Assembly: GCF_018350175.1 (NCBI RefSeq) | Contig: NC_058368.1 | Coordinates: 56,174,001-56,238,000 of the forward strand | Length of the DNA: 64,000 nt | Origin: Felis catus | Lineage: Eukaryota | Reading direction: 5' to 3' | Shown: positions 51,697-64,000 of the stretch, piece after piece | How the letters are laid out: every line of letters starts with the position of its first letter | Numbering within the stretch: position 1 is the stretch's first letter | Program-made: the position numbers and the translations under genes | The notes under the pieces: generated by a model | The model's database searches: none | The model's input: the letters and a program-made list of their open reading frames with translations, nothing else | Told to the model about the DNA's origin: nothing

Positions 51697-54054
51697 CCCT
51701 GCCAAACTATCCATCAAAGTGGCTGTAGCATTTACATTCCCAATGATGAGAGTTCCTGTTGTTTCACATCCTTGTCAGCATTTGGTGTTATCGGTGTTTA
51801 GAATTTTGACCTTTCTAATAGGTATGTAGTGGTATCTTATATTTATTTTAATTTTCAGTTTCTACCAGTATATAATGTTGCACATATTTTCAAATAGTTT
51901 GCCATCTGTTTATCTTCTTTGGTGAGGTGTCTTTTCAGGTCTTTTGCCCATTTTATAGTCGGGTTATTTCCTTATTGTTGAGTTTTAAGAGTTCTTTGTG
52001 TATTTTGGATGACAGCCTTTCATCAGATGTATCTTTTTAAAATATTTTCTCCCAGTCTGTCCCTTGTCTTCTCATTCTTTTGACAGTTTCTTTTGAACAG
52101 CAGATTTTTTTAATTTAAATTATATCCAGATTATCAGTTATTTTTTCATGGATTGTGTTTGTGTTGGTGTATCTAATTGCTGGGATTTGGTTGAGTTTGC
52201 ATTGAATCTATAGATCAAGCTGGAAAGAACTGATATCTTAGTAATATTAAATCTTCCTATTCATGCACATGGGCTGTCTTCATTTATCTAGTTATTCTTT
52301 GATATATTTCATCAGTTTTTAATTTTTCCTCATATAGGTCTTGTACATATTTTGTTAGATTACACTAACATTTTGAGGGGTACTAATGTAAATGTTAATA
52401 TGTTTTTAATTTCAAATTTTACTTTTTCATTGCTGGTATACTGGGAAGTGATAGACTTCTTTGTATTAATTGTGTATCCTATGATTTTGCTGTAATTGAT
52501 AATTAGTTCCAGGTGTGTGTGTGTGTGTGTGTGTGTGTGAGTTCTTTCAGATTTTCTACATAGATGATCATCTCATCTAAACACAAAAACAATTTTATTT
52601 TTTTCTTCCCGATCTGTATGCCTTCCATTTTCTATTCTTGTCTTATCGCATTAGCTAGGACTTCCAGTATGATATTGAAAAGGAGTGGTGAAAGAGGACA
52701 TCTGTATCTTATTTTTTATTAATGGTCTCATCACTAATGATGTTAGGTGTAGGTTTCTTGTAGGTTTCTGACTATGAGTTTGGGTTATTTATTTAACTAA
52801 TTATTTATTTATTTAAGATTCCATGTATAAGAGAGATCATGCAATATTTGTCTTTTCTGATTTATCTCACTGAGTGTAACACTCTAGAAGTCTATCCATA
52901 TTGTCATAAATGGTGAATTTTATTTTTTATTGGTAGATTTAATTCTGTTTTATGGCTGAATACTATTCCATCATGTATATATAACACCATTTCTTTAACC
53001 ATTCATCCATCAGTAAATACTTAGGTTCACAAGTTTGGCTATTATAAATAATGCTGTAATGAGCATGGGAGTGCTTATGTCTTTTTGAGTTAGCGTTGTC
53101 ATTTTCTTCTTGATAAATACCCAGAACTGGAGTTGCTGGGTCAAATGGTAGTTCTGCTTTTAATTTTTTGAGGAACCTTCATACTACTAATTGGTAATTG
53201 CTAATGTTTTCTTGGGGATTCTTACATATATGTGCTTGACAGATATTTGTCTCTGGTTTTATTCTATTGTATTGTCTTTGCCTGGTTTTGGTATTAGGGA
53301 AATGCTGAACCCAGAATGAGTTAGGATGTATTCATTCTTCTTCTGTCTTCAGAAGGAGACGATTAAAAAATTGATTTTATTTCTTCCTTAAATGTTAGAT
53401 AGCATTCACCAGTGAACCCATATAGGCCTTGCAATTTATGTTTCAAAACATTATTAATTAATTGATTCAATTGCTTCAAAACATATAGGTTGATTCATTT
53501 TTCTATGTATATTTGTATTAATTTGTCATATTGTACCTTTCAAGTAATTGGTCCATTTTATCTCTATTGTCAATCTGTTATCAAGATTATTTAGATTTAT
53601 CTAGATTACTTAGATTATTTATCTAGATTATTATTATCAATTTTATCTAGGTTATGTGGGCATAGAGTTTTTATAATATTCCCTTTTTATCTTTTGAATG
53701 TCTATGAGTTCTGTAGTACTGTCTTGTCCTTCATTTCTTTTATTACTAAACTGTCTCCTCTCTCTTTTATGCTTACTTAGCCTGTCTAGAATCCTGTCAT
53801 TTGTATTGATCTTTTTGATGACCCAGCTTTTGGTTTCTTTGACTTTCTGTATTGATTTTCTATTTTCAGTTGCACTGATTTCTTGTCTAACTCTTATTTT
53901 TTTTCTTCTGCTTACTGTAAATTTAATACATTTTTTCTAGTTACTAAGGTTAATACTTATGTAATTGAGTTTAGAGCTTTCTTCTTTTCTAATATATATG
54001 TTTAACACTATACATTTTCCTGTAAGCACTACTTTTGCTGTATGTACAACTTTT

Positions 54055-54261
54055 AAAAAAAATGTTAATGTTTACTTATTTATTTGAGAGAGTGAGAGTG
54101 CACAAGTGGGGGAGGGACAGAGAGAGAGGAGACATGGAATCCCAAACAGGCTCCCAGCTCCAAGCTGTCATCTCAGAGCCTGACAGGGGCTTGAGCCCAT
54201 GAACTATGAGATCATGACCTGAGCCAAAGTCAGATGTTTGACTGAGCCACCCAGGTGCCCC
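54055..54261 (-). mobile_element. Can-SINE
   Basis: Reverse head gagccacccaggtgcccc; caactttt on both flanks. Confidence 0.94.
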
Positions 54262-55188
54262 AACACTGCAACTTTTGATAAGTTGTCTTTTCATTTTCAT
54301 TCAATCCAAAATATTTTTAATGATCTTGAGTTTTTCCTGAACCAAGCTTTATTTAAAAGTGTGTCATTCATTTCTAATCATTTGGGGACTTCCCAGTATA
54401 AATGTGTTATAGTTTGAGAGCAGACATTAAAAGATTTCTATTCTTTTAAATTTGTTAGGATGTGTCTTATTATTTTGATGAGTGTTCCATATTTTATTTC
54501 TTGATAAATGTATAATTTGCTGTTTGGGGATAAAGTAGTTCATAGATATCAAGTGTATATAGTTAATTTAAAGTACTGTCAAGTTTATATACTTATTTAT
54601 TTTCTGCTGGCTGGATCTGTCCATTTCTAACAGAGTAGTATTGATGTCTCTAACTTTAATAATGGATTCATCTATTTCTCCTTGAAGTTCTATCAATTTT
54701 TGCCTCACATATTTTGATACTTTATCATTAGACATATACAGTTAAGGACAATTATGTCTTCAGGAACCCCTTATCATTATGTACTAGCCCGCCTATCCTT
54801 GATAAGTTTTCTTGTTCTAGAGTCTGTTATTCAGAATTAATATAGCTACTACTATCTTCTTTTGATTAATGCTAGCATGGTATATCTTTCTTAATCCCTT
54901 TTCTTTAGTTTATATGTTTGTATATATTTAAAGTGGGTTTCCTGTAGGCAACATGTAGTTGAGTCCTGTTTTTTGACTTGATCTCTGATAATCTGTTTTA
55001 AATGGTGCGTTTAGACCATTGGCAATCAAAGTGGTTGTTGATACAGTTGGATTAATATTTACCATATTTGTTTTTATATCTTGTTCTCTGTTCTTATTTT
55101 TATCTTCCACTCTTTTTTGCCATTTGTGTTTGAATTGAACAGTTTATATTATTCTATTTTCTCTTCTTAGTATATCAATTATACTTTT

Positions 55189-55398
55189 GGGGCACCTGGG
55201 TGCCTCTGTCCGTTAAGTGTCTGACTTTGGCTCAGGTCATGATCTTACACTTTGTGGGTTCGAGCCCTGCCTTGGGTTCTATGCTGACAGTTTAGAGCCT
55301 GGAGCCTACTTAGGATTCTGTGTCTCCTTCTCTCTCTGTCCCTCCCCCACTCGTGCTCTGTTTCTCTCTGTCTCTTAAAAATAAATAAACATTTAAAA
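55189..55398 (+). mobile_element. Can-SINE
   Basis: ggggcacctgggtg head, CT tract, aataaa tail; degenerate TSD aat(t/g)atactt. Confidence 0.94.
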
Positions 55399-55754
55399 AA
55401 TGATACTTCTTTTTAGACTTTTATTAATGTTGGTCCTAAAGTTTGCAATATATATTTTCATTTAACCCAAGTCCACTTCAAATAACACTATGCCATTTAT
55501 TTAATAATACAAATATCTTATGACAACATATTTTTAGTTACTCCCTCCCACTTCTTGTGCCAGTGCTGTCACTCTTTTCATTCATACATAAACTTATATA
55601 ACACAATACATAAATATTTACCTAACCATGCATAATTGAATACCATGTTGCTCTTTTTTTTTTTAAACTGTTACCCGTTAGGTCAATTAAGAAAAAACTA
55701 AAAAGTTTTGTTTTGCTTTCACTTAATTATTATCTGGTGCTCTTTCCCCCCTAG

Positions 55755-55935
55755 GTTTGTTGAGATATAATTGACATATGACATTCTACAAGTTTAAGAT
55801 GTAGAACACTTAATGTATGTATAGTAAATGATCACCACAATAAAGTTAGTTGGCATATTCATCTCCTTATATAGTTACAACATTTTTGTGTCTGTGGTGA
55901 TAACTTTCAAAAACTATTCTCTTAGCAACTTTCAA
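55755..55935 (-). mobile_element. Short L1MA-like 3' end
   Basis: ttgagatataattgacata...aagtttaagatgta...atgatcaccacaataaagttagtt...tctcttagcaactttcaa. Confidence 0.7.
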
Positions 55936-56324
55936 AAAAGTGTTTAGGTACACTTAAAAAAAGACAAACTATGTTTAACAACAACAACAAAAAAAACCTC
56001 AGTTTCTGGCCTAGTTATTGAAGTACGCTATAGAATTTCTATATATCAGCATGAGTTTGAAGTTATCCACAAAAAATAATATAGAATTTTGAATTATTTA
56101 TTGTGGTATAATATATTTATAATATAAAGTTTAGGAAAACACTTTCCCGTGATGTAAAATCATAAAATATTTTATCTAATATATATAGAGAAATTATTCT
56201 TAGTATAAATATTTGCAGAAAATATCACAAATTGAAACCTTTGTCTTCAAATGCTGGCCATGTCATATTATATATACTTACTTGACAAATAAATGACTTG
56301 TTGGTCTTAAAAGAGAAAATACTT

Positions 56325-56539
56325 GGGGTGCCTGGGTGGCTCAGTCGGTTAGGCATCTGGCTTCGGCTCAGGTTGTGATCTCGCGGTCTGTAAGTTCAAG
56401 CCCCGCGTCGGGCTTTGTGCTGACAGTTCATAGCCTGGAGCCTGTTTCAGATTCTTTGTCTCCGTCTCTGACCCTCCTCTGTTCTTGCTCTGTCTCTCCC
56501 TGTCTCAAAAATAAATAAATGTTAAAAAAAAATTTAAAA
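56325..56539 (+). mobile_element. Can-SINE
   Basis: Canonical head; perfect 16-bp TSD aaaagagaaaatactt. Confidence 0.96.
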
Positions 56540-57007
56540 AAAAGAGAAAATACTTAAGCAATTAATCTGGATAAATGTTAGGTGTGTATATGTCTTAATA
56601 TCTTGATGTCTGGTAAGTAAAATATTATTTCTTTATTTTGCAAGTTTTCTATACCATATTTTGAGTACATATAAATGTAGTTTACAAGAAATGTGTGTTT
56701 TTGCTCAATAGGAACTTAGGGAAAAAATCAAGAAAAATATTTGACTCTCAAAAATTAATTCAATTGCTCTAAACTCTACCTTGGTGGACAAGACACTTTT
56801 TAAAAACTTTCTTGTAACTAGTGAATTTACTGTTAAAAAAAAAAAGAAACAGATAAACAAGAAGTAGGAGAAAATGAAATACTTAAAGGTGATACATTAT
56901 CCATGTGCAGCACACATTTTTAAGATGACAAGGGTGGTTCAAGTACTTTGGTAGGTTTTCTGACCTTTTGAGGAAAGTGATATAACATTTAGAAAAATCA
57001 GTAAGTA

Positions 57008-57235
57008 GGGGCACCTCAGTGGGTTAAGCATCTGACTTTGGCTCAGGTCATGATCTCACAGTTTGTGAGTTAAAGCCCTGTGTCAGGCTCTGTGCTGACA
57101 GCTGGAGCCTGGAGCCTGCTTTGGATTCTGTGTCTCCCTCTGTCTCCCTCTGTCTCTGCCCCTCCCCTGCTCATGCTCTGTCCCTCTCTCTCTCCCTCAA
57201 AAATAAACAAACATTAAAAATGTTTTTTTAAAAAA
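57008..57235 (+). mobile_element. Can-SINE with a small deletion in the head
   Basis: ggggcacctcagtgggttaag lacks gggtggct; the rest is canonical. Confidence 0.93.
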
Positions 57236-57295
57236 AGAAGAATCAATCAATAAATAATATTTTTTAAAGAACCAATATTAATAAAGAGCTCTCAA

Positions 57296-57328
<33 letters not shown>
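57296..57328. repeat. (CA)n microsatellite
   Basis: Direct reading. Confidence 0.95.
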
Positions 57329-57330
<2 letters not shown>

Positions 57331-57894
57331 TGCCAGAAAAAGAATCCTCATTATTAATGTCTTTAGAGCAAATTTCACCCCATCTTCATATTCCTTCCCC
57401 CAGGACTAAACAAGAGAAAACTCTAATTTTGATTAATTATCACTTGTAGATAAAATGTAAAATGTAAAATGAATCTCTTGTATATAAAACCTTATTCATG
57501 AATTTTTATTGTAAATTTTAAGCCTGAACAAATATTCCCATGGTTTATGATAACAAATACAGGCAATATTTGTAGTACTTTCAAAATTGTCTGATACTGA
57601 GTAGTTATACAAAAAGTTAGGGGAGGAACATCACAAAGTATAGCCCTTATTGGGCTCAGAAAAAAAATACATGAAAAGAAAAAACATAACATATGCATTT
57701 TTAGTATCAGAAAACAAGAAGATGAACCTTGCACATCATAGGAAAACAAAAAACAGAACCTCAGGAAATCAGTTAATACATATAAAACAAATTAAATAAA
57801 GATATTTAAAATTGATAAGGAGGCTATGTCTGACATGGAGATCAGTTGTATTTTTCCTTGTTTGTTCTAAATGAGAATCTACGTGGGTTGGGAT

Positions 57895-58173
57895 TTTATT
57901 TTATTTTTATTTTTATTTTTCCCACTTCTATTAGGGTATAACTGAGTTATTAAATTGTAGCTATTTAAAGTGTACCACATAATGATTTATATACACATAG
58001 ATTGTTAATTGATTAACATAATCAATTTAATTATACATTTATCACCTCACATAGTTACCATTTTTTTTTACTGTGGCAAAAAAGTCCTAATATCCATTGT
58101 CTTAGAAAACTTAAAGTTAATAATACATTGTTAACTATAGTTGCCATGCTGTACATTAGATCCCAGTACTTAC

Positions 58174-58220
<47 letters not shown>

Positions 58221-59705
58221 TAGAAGTTATTCATTTTATAAATGACTTTGTATTTTTGACTATCATCTACCTACTTCCCCGACTCCCAACCCCTGGGAAC
58301 CCATTTTACTTTCTGGAATTTTGATGTAATCCCACTTACTTATTTTTGTTTCTACTTCCTGTGCTTTTAATGTCATATCTAAAAACCATTGCCAAGATCA
58401 GTGTAAAGTGGATTTTCCCCCTTTATTTTCTTCTATGAGTTTTATAGTTTCAGGTCTGATATTTAAGTCTTTAATCTATTTTGATTTATTTTTGTCACTG
58501 GTATGCCACAGGGATCAGTTTCATTCTTTTACGTGTATATCCACTGTACATTTTTTATGAATATATTCAGTTTTCCCAGTTCCATTTATTGAAGACACTA
58601 CCCATTACCCATTGTATGTACTTGGTGCCCTTGTCAAATATTAGTTGACCAATGCATGGTTTTATTTCTGGGCTCCTTATTTTATTTTGTTAGTCTATAT
58701 GGTAGATTTTATGCTAGTACCATATTTTTTTGATTAGTAATGTAGTTTGAAATCAGAAAGTGTAATTCCTCCAGCTTTGTTTTTCTTTCTCAAGATTACT
58801 TTGGGTATTTGGGGTCTTTTGTGGTATTACATAAATTTTACCATTTTTTTTCTATTTCTGTGAAGAATGTCTTTGGAATTTTGATAGAGATTGCATTGAA
58901 TCCATAGGTCCCTTTGGGTAGTATGGATATTTTCACAATATGAATTCTTCCATACATAAACATGGTCTACCCTTCCATACATTCGTGTCTTCTTCAATTT
59001 GTATCATCAGTGTCTCATAATTTTCAGTGTAAAGGTATTTTCCTCCTTGTTTAAATTTATTTCTAAATATTTTATTGTTTTTGGTGCTATTATAAATTAA
59101 ATTGCTTTACTAAATTTTGTTTCAGATAATTTCTTGTTAGTGTATAGAAAAACAACTGATTTGGTATGTTCATTTTGTATCCTGCAACTTTACTGAATTT
59201 TTTTTATTCTAATAGTTTTTTGGTTGTGTCTTCAGGGTTTTCTATATCTAAGTTGTATCATTTATAATGAGAGTCAATTTTACTTCTTTATGGTTACAGT
59301 TCAATTCCAACATTTCCTCATTGATTTTGTGTCTGGATGATTATTAAAGTGGAGTAGTTAAGTCTCCTACTATTATTGGGTTACTGTCTGCTTCTTTTCT
59401 CAGTTCTGTTAATCCTTGCCTAATGTATTTAGGTGCTCTATTGATGGTGGTTATATATTTACAGTTTACAGTCATATCCTCTTGATGAATTGACCCCTTT
59501 ATAATTATATGACCTTACTCGTGTCTTGTTACAGCCTTTTATTTAAACTGAATTTTGTTTGAAGGGAGTATGACTAATTCTGCTCTGTATTGGTTTCTGT
59601 TTGCATTAAATTCCTTTTCTATCCCTTCAACTCTCAGCTTATGTGTGTCTTAAAAGTTGAAGTAAGTCTCTTATTGACTGCTTATAGTTGGATTTTGTTC
59701 TTCTA
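57895..59705 (-). mobile_element. L1MA-like element: 3'UTR plus discontinuous ORF2 fragments, with (TTTA)n at ~58175-58220
   Basis: atcacctcacatagttacca...aactatagttgccatgctgtacattagatcc (3'UTR); gaaatcagaaagtgtaattcctccagctttg (ORF2); endonuclease-region-like sequence after ~59300. Confidence 0.82.
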
Positions 59706-60673
59706 TTCATTTTGGGGCTGGGATGTTAATCGTCTACAGAGCTCTTTGATACTTGACTTCAAATTAATTTTACTGAAAATATGATTTACATTATATATCA
59801 AATATACATTATATATCATAGAGGTCATTGGCTTTTTGTACAGAATTTTATAACTAAATCTTAAAATTATATTGTTTATGTAACCATGCTTTTAAATATT
59901 ATTCTATTAAAGATTTTTGTCTGTCCTGTTTATATATATAATATGTATATGTTATACATAAAATAAACCCACTTGCAAAAATATATTAAAAGTGAAATGT
60001 AAGACAATTATATAAAACATCACAAGATATATAAAGAATTAAATCTCATGGGTAATTTATGTGATGACATTAAAATTATTAATTTATTTCACAAATATTT
60101 ATTAATCATTACTTTGTATCAGGGACAATTCTAGGCACTGCCATTCTATCAATGAGTATGATTCAGTTTGCACAATGTTATGCTAGAGCTGAAAAGACCT
60201 ATTTCATGATGTTTTTGTGGTCTTCCTAGACATATGAATGATATTAGGAAATATTTGTCATCATGCTATATTTGATGGTTTTGGTAATTTACAAAATGTT
60301 CCAGAAGGAATTCTGTGAACTTTTCACATAAGTAAAACGATAAAATATTCTCTGTAAACCACAATCCTATTTCAATATCTCAAATAGAAAGTACATGCAA
60401 GTAGAGAGCCATGACATTGGTGCAATTAGGATGCAAAATCTTCCACCTGTAAAAATGAGGCCAGATTTAATAATTCACTAAAGAGTGACCCAAAGTCACC
60501 CTCATGAAAGATATATTGGCAATTGAACTAAGTGGAAATGACCCAGGCAGAATTATCCTTAATCTTCTTAATTAGAGGGCAAAGAGCAGCAATTAAACGC
60601 ATTTATGCAAACCATGTTGTAGAAAACTATTGGATTCATATGTAGTGAGTTAACATTACACTAAACTCAAGGC

Positions 60674-60704
60674 CAACAACAACAACAACAACAACAACAA
60701 CAAC
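60674..60704. repeat. (CAA)n microsatellite
   Basis: Direct reading. Confidence 0.93.
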
Positions 60705-61877
60705 TAGAGAGGTACATATCTTTTAGCAGAAAGTATATCTGAAATAGTCAATTGCATTTACCTGCATGGAAGAGAGTTCAAAAAGCAACCAATGTTCAGA
60801 ATATATATATATATCATAGTAAAAGTTTTGCATGTAAGACTTGAAGTAAATAAAAAATGAAATAAGTAAATAAGTATGCCACAAAAACTGGGTCATTTAA
60901 AAGTTCAGATGACTGTAAAGTTTTCATTCCTTATGTCTTTCTGGGGAAAGTGTTGGGGCAAAATAATTCTATAAATCCTAAAAAGGTGTCTAATCCCTGT
61001 ATGGCACTTCTCCTCTAAGGTCACCTAGTCCTACAGTCATGCTCTAGCAGTTGTATTCACACAGACTATTTCATATCCAGATAGTTCACTCTTTATTTAT
61101 ATATCTTCGACATTTCATTTTAATCAGTTTATCATCATATGCTTGTTACTTGACTTCATAAAGACACCTCAAATGTAATTACCATTTTACTTGATATTTA
61201 TCTTTCAACTTTCTGCAGGCTTTACATATGTATCCATCTCGTATATATTATATGCTCTGTAAGTCTATGTTTTCCATGGCAGTGATATTAATGCTTTTGC
61301 TTGCTGAGAAAAGTTTATGTTCAAGTCTCAAATTTATTAATCTTCTCTCTGCCTCTACTAAAGACAGAAGATAATTTCACAAATTTGTAGAATGAGATTA
61401 CAGTAAATTCAGTCTCCAACTCCTTTGCACTTTAGTCATTAGCCACAAATCATTTTTTCCAAATTAGCAGCTCATCTCATCACAATTTCTTTTCTAAACC
61501 TTCTCTGTGCTCCTCCAGACTTCCTTAGATCATCACAATTCCTGTGTATAGGAAACAGAAGCTATCGGAGGGATCCTTTTGTCTTCACATCTGTTTTATT
61601 TTTTTGTTATTGTTATATCATTTAAACAAAATCTAGTATCTCCTATTTCTTTCAAGATCGTTCCTATTTCAGTTTCATTTTCAATTTATTTACTTTCTCT
61701 TAGCTAAAGGGCCAAGAAGTGATCCTTTAAATATCTTTACATAGGGGCGAGGGTGTTGATAATTCTCTTGTTTACCCCTTCAAATACTTGAAAAATAGAG
61801 AACGTACACTGGAACTGGAAAATGATTAGGTACTATTCCTGATATGGATAGTTTCATTGGATGAGTTGGTTGAGCTT

Positions 61878-61879
<2 letters not shown>

Positions 61880-61950
<71 letters not shown>
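61880..61950. repeat. Compound (TA)n(CA)n microsatellite
   Basis: Direct reading. Confidence 0.95.
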
Positions 61951-61954
61951 GACA

Positions 61955-62112
61955 TGTGTATATAAGCAGACTCCATGCTATCAGCATAGAGCCTGACTCC
62001 CGGCTGGAACTCACAAACCATGAAATTCAGGGCTCAAATTCACAACCTGTGAGATCATGACCTGAGGCAAAATCAAGTGTTGGATGCCTAAGTGACTAAG
62101 CCACCCAGGTGC
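61955..62112 (-). mobile_element. Can-SINE remnant
   Basis: aagcagactccatgctatcagcatagagcctga...gagatcatgacctgag...gccacccaggtgc. Confidence 0.88.
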
Positions 62113-62459
62113 TTACTTCCTCCCATATTAATAAAGTTTCTGACTCATCATCTTTGCAACAGAGCTCTATCTTGTTTTGTAATGAGCCCCATATGCTAGA
62201 ATAAAAATTACCCAAATTATGTGGTCTTCTTAAAACAGAAAATTCCAAGTTTATTTTTTTTAAAAAAACAATAAGATGTATACCTCCAAATATCAAATTT
62301 CCAGAGAAAAAATATTTGCCAAATGATTTTTCAATGGAAAATTTTAAAATGCACATTAATTATTTTCTTTCAAGTTAGATATCTTCTGATAGAAATAGCA
62401 TTGCTGCAGTATAATAACCACAGTTTAACCAAAACTGCCACTTTGCAAATGTGCCTAAT

Positions 62460-62616
62460 GTTGCCAGATTTAGGAAATAAGGATACAGGAGCCCAACCAG
62501 GTAAATTGGAATTTTAGATAAACAACAAAATTACTTTCAGTATAAAAATTACAATTGCCTGAGACATACTAAAAATTATTTGTTGTTTATCTGATATTCA
62601 AATTTAACTGGGTTTT
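62460..62616. mobile_element. MER53 palindromic element
   Basis: gttgccagatttag...ccaggtaaattggaattttagataaacaacaaaatt pairs with aattatttgttgtttatctgatattcaaatttaactgg. Confidence 0.85.
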
Positions 62617-62920
62617 TAAAAAATTATACCTAGAATCCAGCCATATATGTGTCCTACTGTACAAAAATAAAATAAGCAAACAAACAAACTCACAGAATCA
62701 CATCTTACAAAAATCTAGAAGAAAAAAAAATGACAGAAACAGCTTACCTATATAACATAAATTACACAAGGAGATTCTCAATCGTTATAGTGGTGATCCC
62801 AAGTAAATTTCAAAAAAGGAAATGAAAAAAGAATGTCAATTTATATACATACAAAACATTTACATTTTGTTGAGGTTTATGTCTTATAAGTTCAAGAAAG
62901 AGCAGTATCTCATGAGGAGA

Positions 62921-63247
62921 TGTCTTAATCTATCCAGGTTACTATAACAAAATACCACAGACTAGCTCAAAAGCAACAAAACATTTCTCAAATTTCTAGA
63001 GACTGGAAGTTCAAGATCAGAGCGTTGGTAAGGTTGGATTCTGGAAAGACCCTGTTCTGGGTTGCAGACCATTGACTTCCTTCTCTGCCCTCACATAGTG
63101 GAAGATGCAATAATGCTCTCTAGGGTCTCTTTTATGAGGCATTATTCTCTAATACTTCCTAAAGTCCCCACCTTCTAATAACTTCACACTGAGCATTAAT
63201 ATTTCAACATACTAATTTTGAGAGGACACAAACATTCAACAATAGCA
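62921..63247 (-). mobile_element. MLT1A-like solo LTR
   Basis: tgtcttaatc...ctataacaaaataccacagact...ctggaagttcaagatcag...gacacaaacattcaacaatagca, with TG...CA termini. Confidence 0.85.
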
Positions 63248-64000
63248 AGTGGGTAATTGTGACAATATAATTCCCACATTTTGAAGGGAAAAAAATGTCC
63301 ATTAATGCTACTACTCATCATGTGAAATGAGTCTGCCATCTTGAAAACCGCAGGAAATTTCAATATCACCAATCCCAGCTTCCAGATTTTATTTAAGAGT
63401 TCCTTCTTCATCGCAATGTCTTTAATACATGTTTTCATATATTTAATTTTATTTCTCATTTTGAGAGTTGTGTCCAAATCCCCTACATATTGAATATAGT
63501 GAGAGATCTACCTAGTTGAATGTAAACCGAGCTTTGTGTTTTAGAGTAAATATTTAGATTAAATATGTAAACATGAGCTATGCTTATGTTCACCTCTTCT
63601 GAGATCCTAATCTGTGTTTGTTTGGTTTCTCCATCCCCTGAAAAGATCAAGACAATGACAATTTTCTGTCCTCACTGTTTACTGTTGCCTTTGCTCTGGT
63701 ATTCTTTGGCACAAAATTCTGACTCTAGTAATAGTCTTTCTTTTGCCCTACATTTGCTTCACTTGGAAAATCTCCCTCAAGATTCTTCTGTTGAATTAAC
63801 TGGTGATGCTTCCAAACCCACCATGGACTCTCTGAGGACATTCACAACTTTTTTTATTGGCCTCAAAACCCTCGACTTTTCTCAGACTTTGAATTTTATA
63901 AGACTTAAATAAATCATTCTATTTCAGTGGCAGTAGAAAAACAACATGATTTCTAACATTTTCATACCATTGCAAATATATTTGATATTACTTTGTTTAT

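Larger units (their letters stand above)
50761..55740 (-). mobile_element. Ancient L1MC1-like element (3'UTR to the ORF2 endonuclease region), fragmented, with three SINEs and a younger L1 3' piece (~52795-53190) inserted
   Basis: 3'UTR motif aaacctacattgacacattattatcac...aaagtccatagt. Degraded ORF2-like blocks. ORF-track TNMVNINPTVSTTTLIANGLNAPFK resembles the ORF2p N-terminus. Confidence 0.8.

Noticed and set aside
1357..62112. Dispersed ~200-bp repeats as a CRISPR-like or novel array
   Set aside because: Irregular spacing, both orientations and individual TSDs show ordinary SINE retroposition; there are no cas-like ORFs.
63196..63477. 93-aa minus-strand ORF as a possible exon
   Set aside because: No recognisable homology, non-ATG start, no convincing donor site, and it runs into an MLT1A LTR.

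Overview
This is AT-rich mammalian nuclear DNA, not prokaryotic. The tRNA-derived Can-SINEs, including a young cat-type copy, and a young cat-type L1 point to a carnivore, most likely a felid. I find no intact protein-coding gene, structural RNA gene or CRISPR array; the window looks like deep intronic or intergenic sequence. It contains 21 Can-SINEs (many with readable target-site duplications, TSDs), several LINE-1 fragments of different ages, MaLR/ERVL LTR relics, MIRs, two MER53 palindromic elements and another hAT-type MITE, microsatellites, and a degraded processed RPL7A pseudogene. Almost all tracked ORFs are repeat-derived or chance. I found no convincing novel biological system. The best leads are a 5'-intact, 3'-truncated RPL7A retrocopy, a young L1 and a young SINE that may be polymorphic, a split and inverted MLT2 LTR, a nested SINE, templated-insertion-like repair scars, MER53 hairpins and a candidate 57-nt exon. 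Repeat subfamily names come from recalled consensus sequences and need RepeatMasker/Dfam confirmation. Boundaries without TSDs are approximate.
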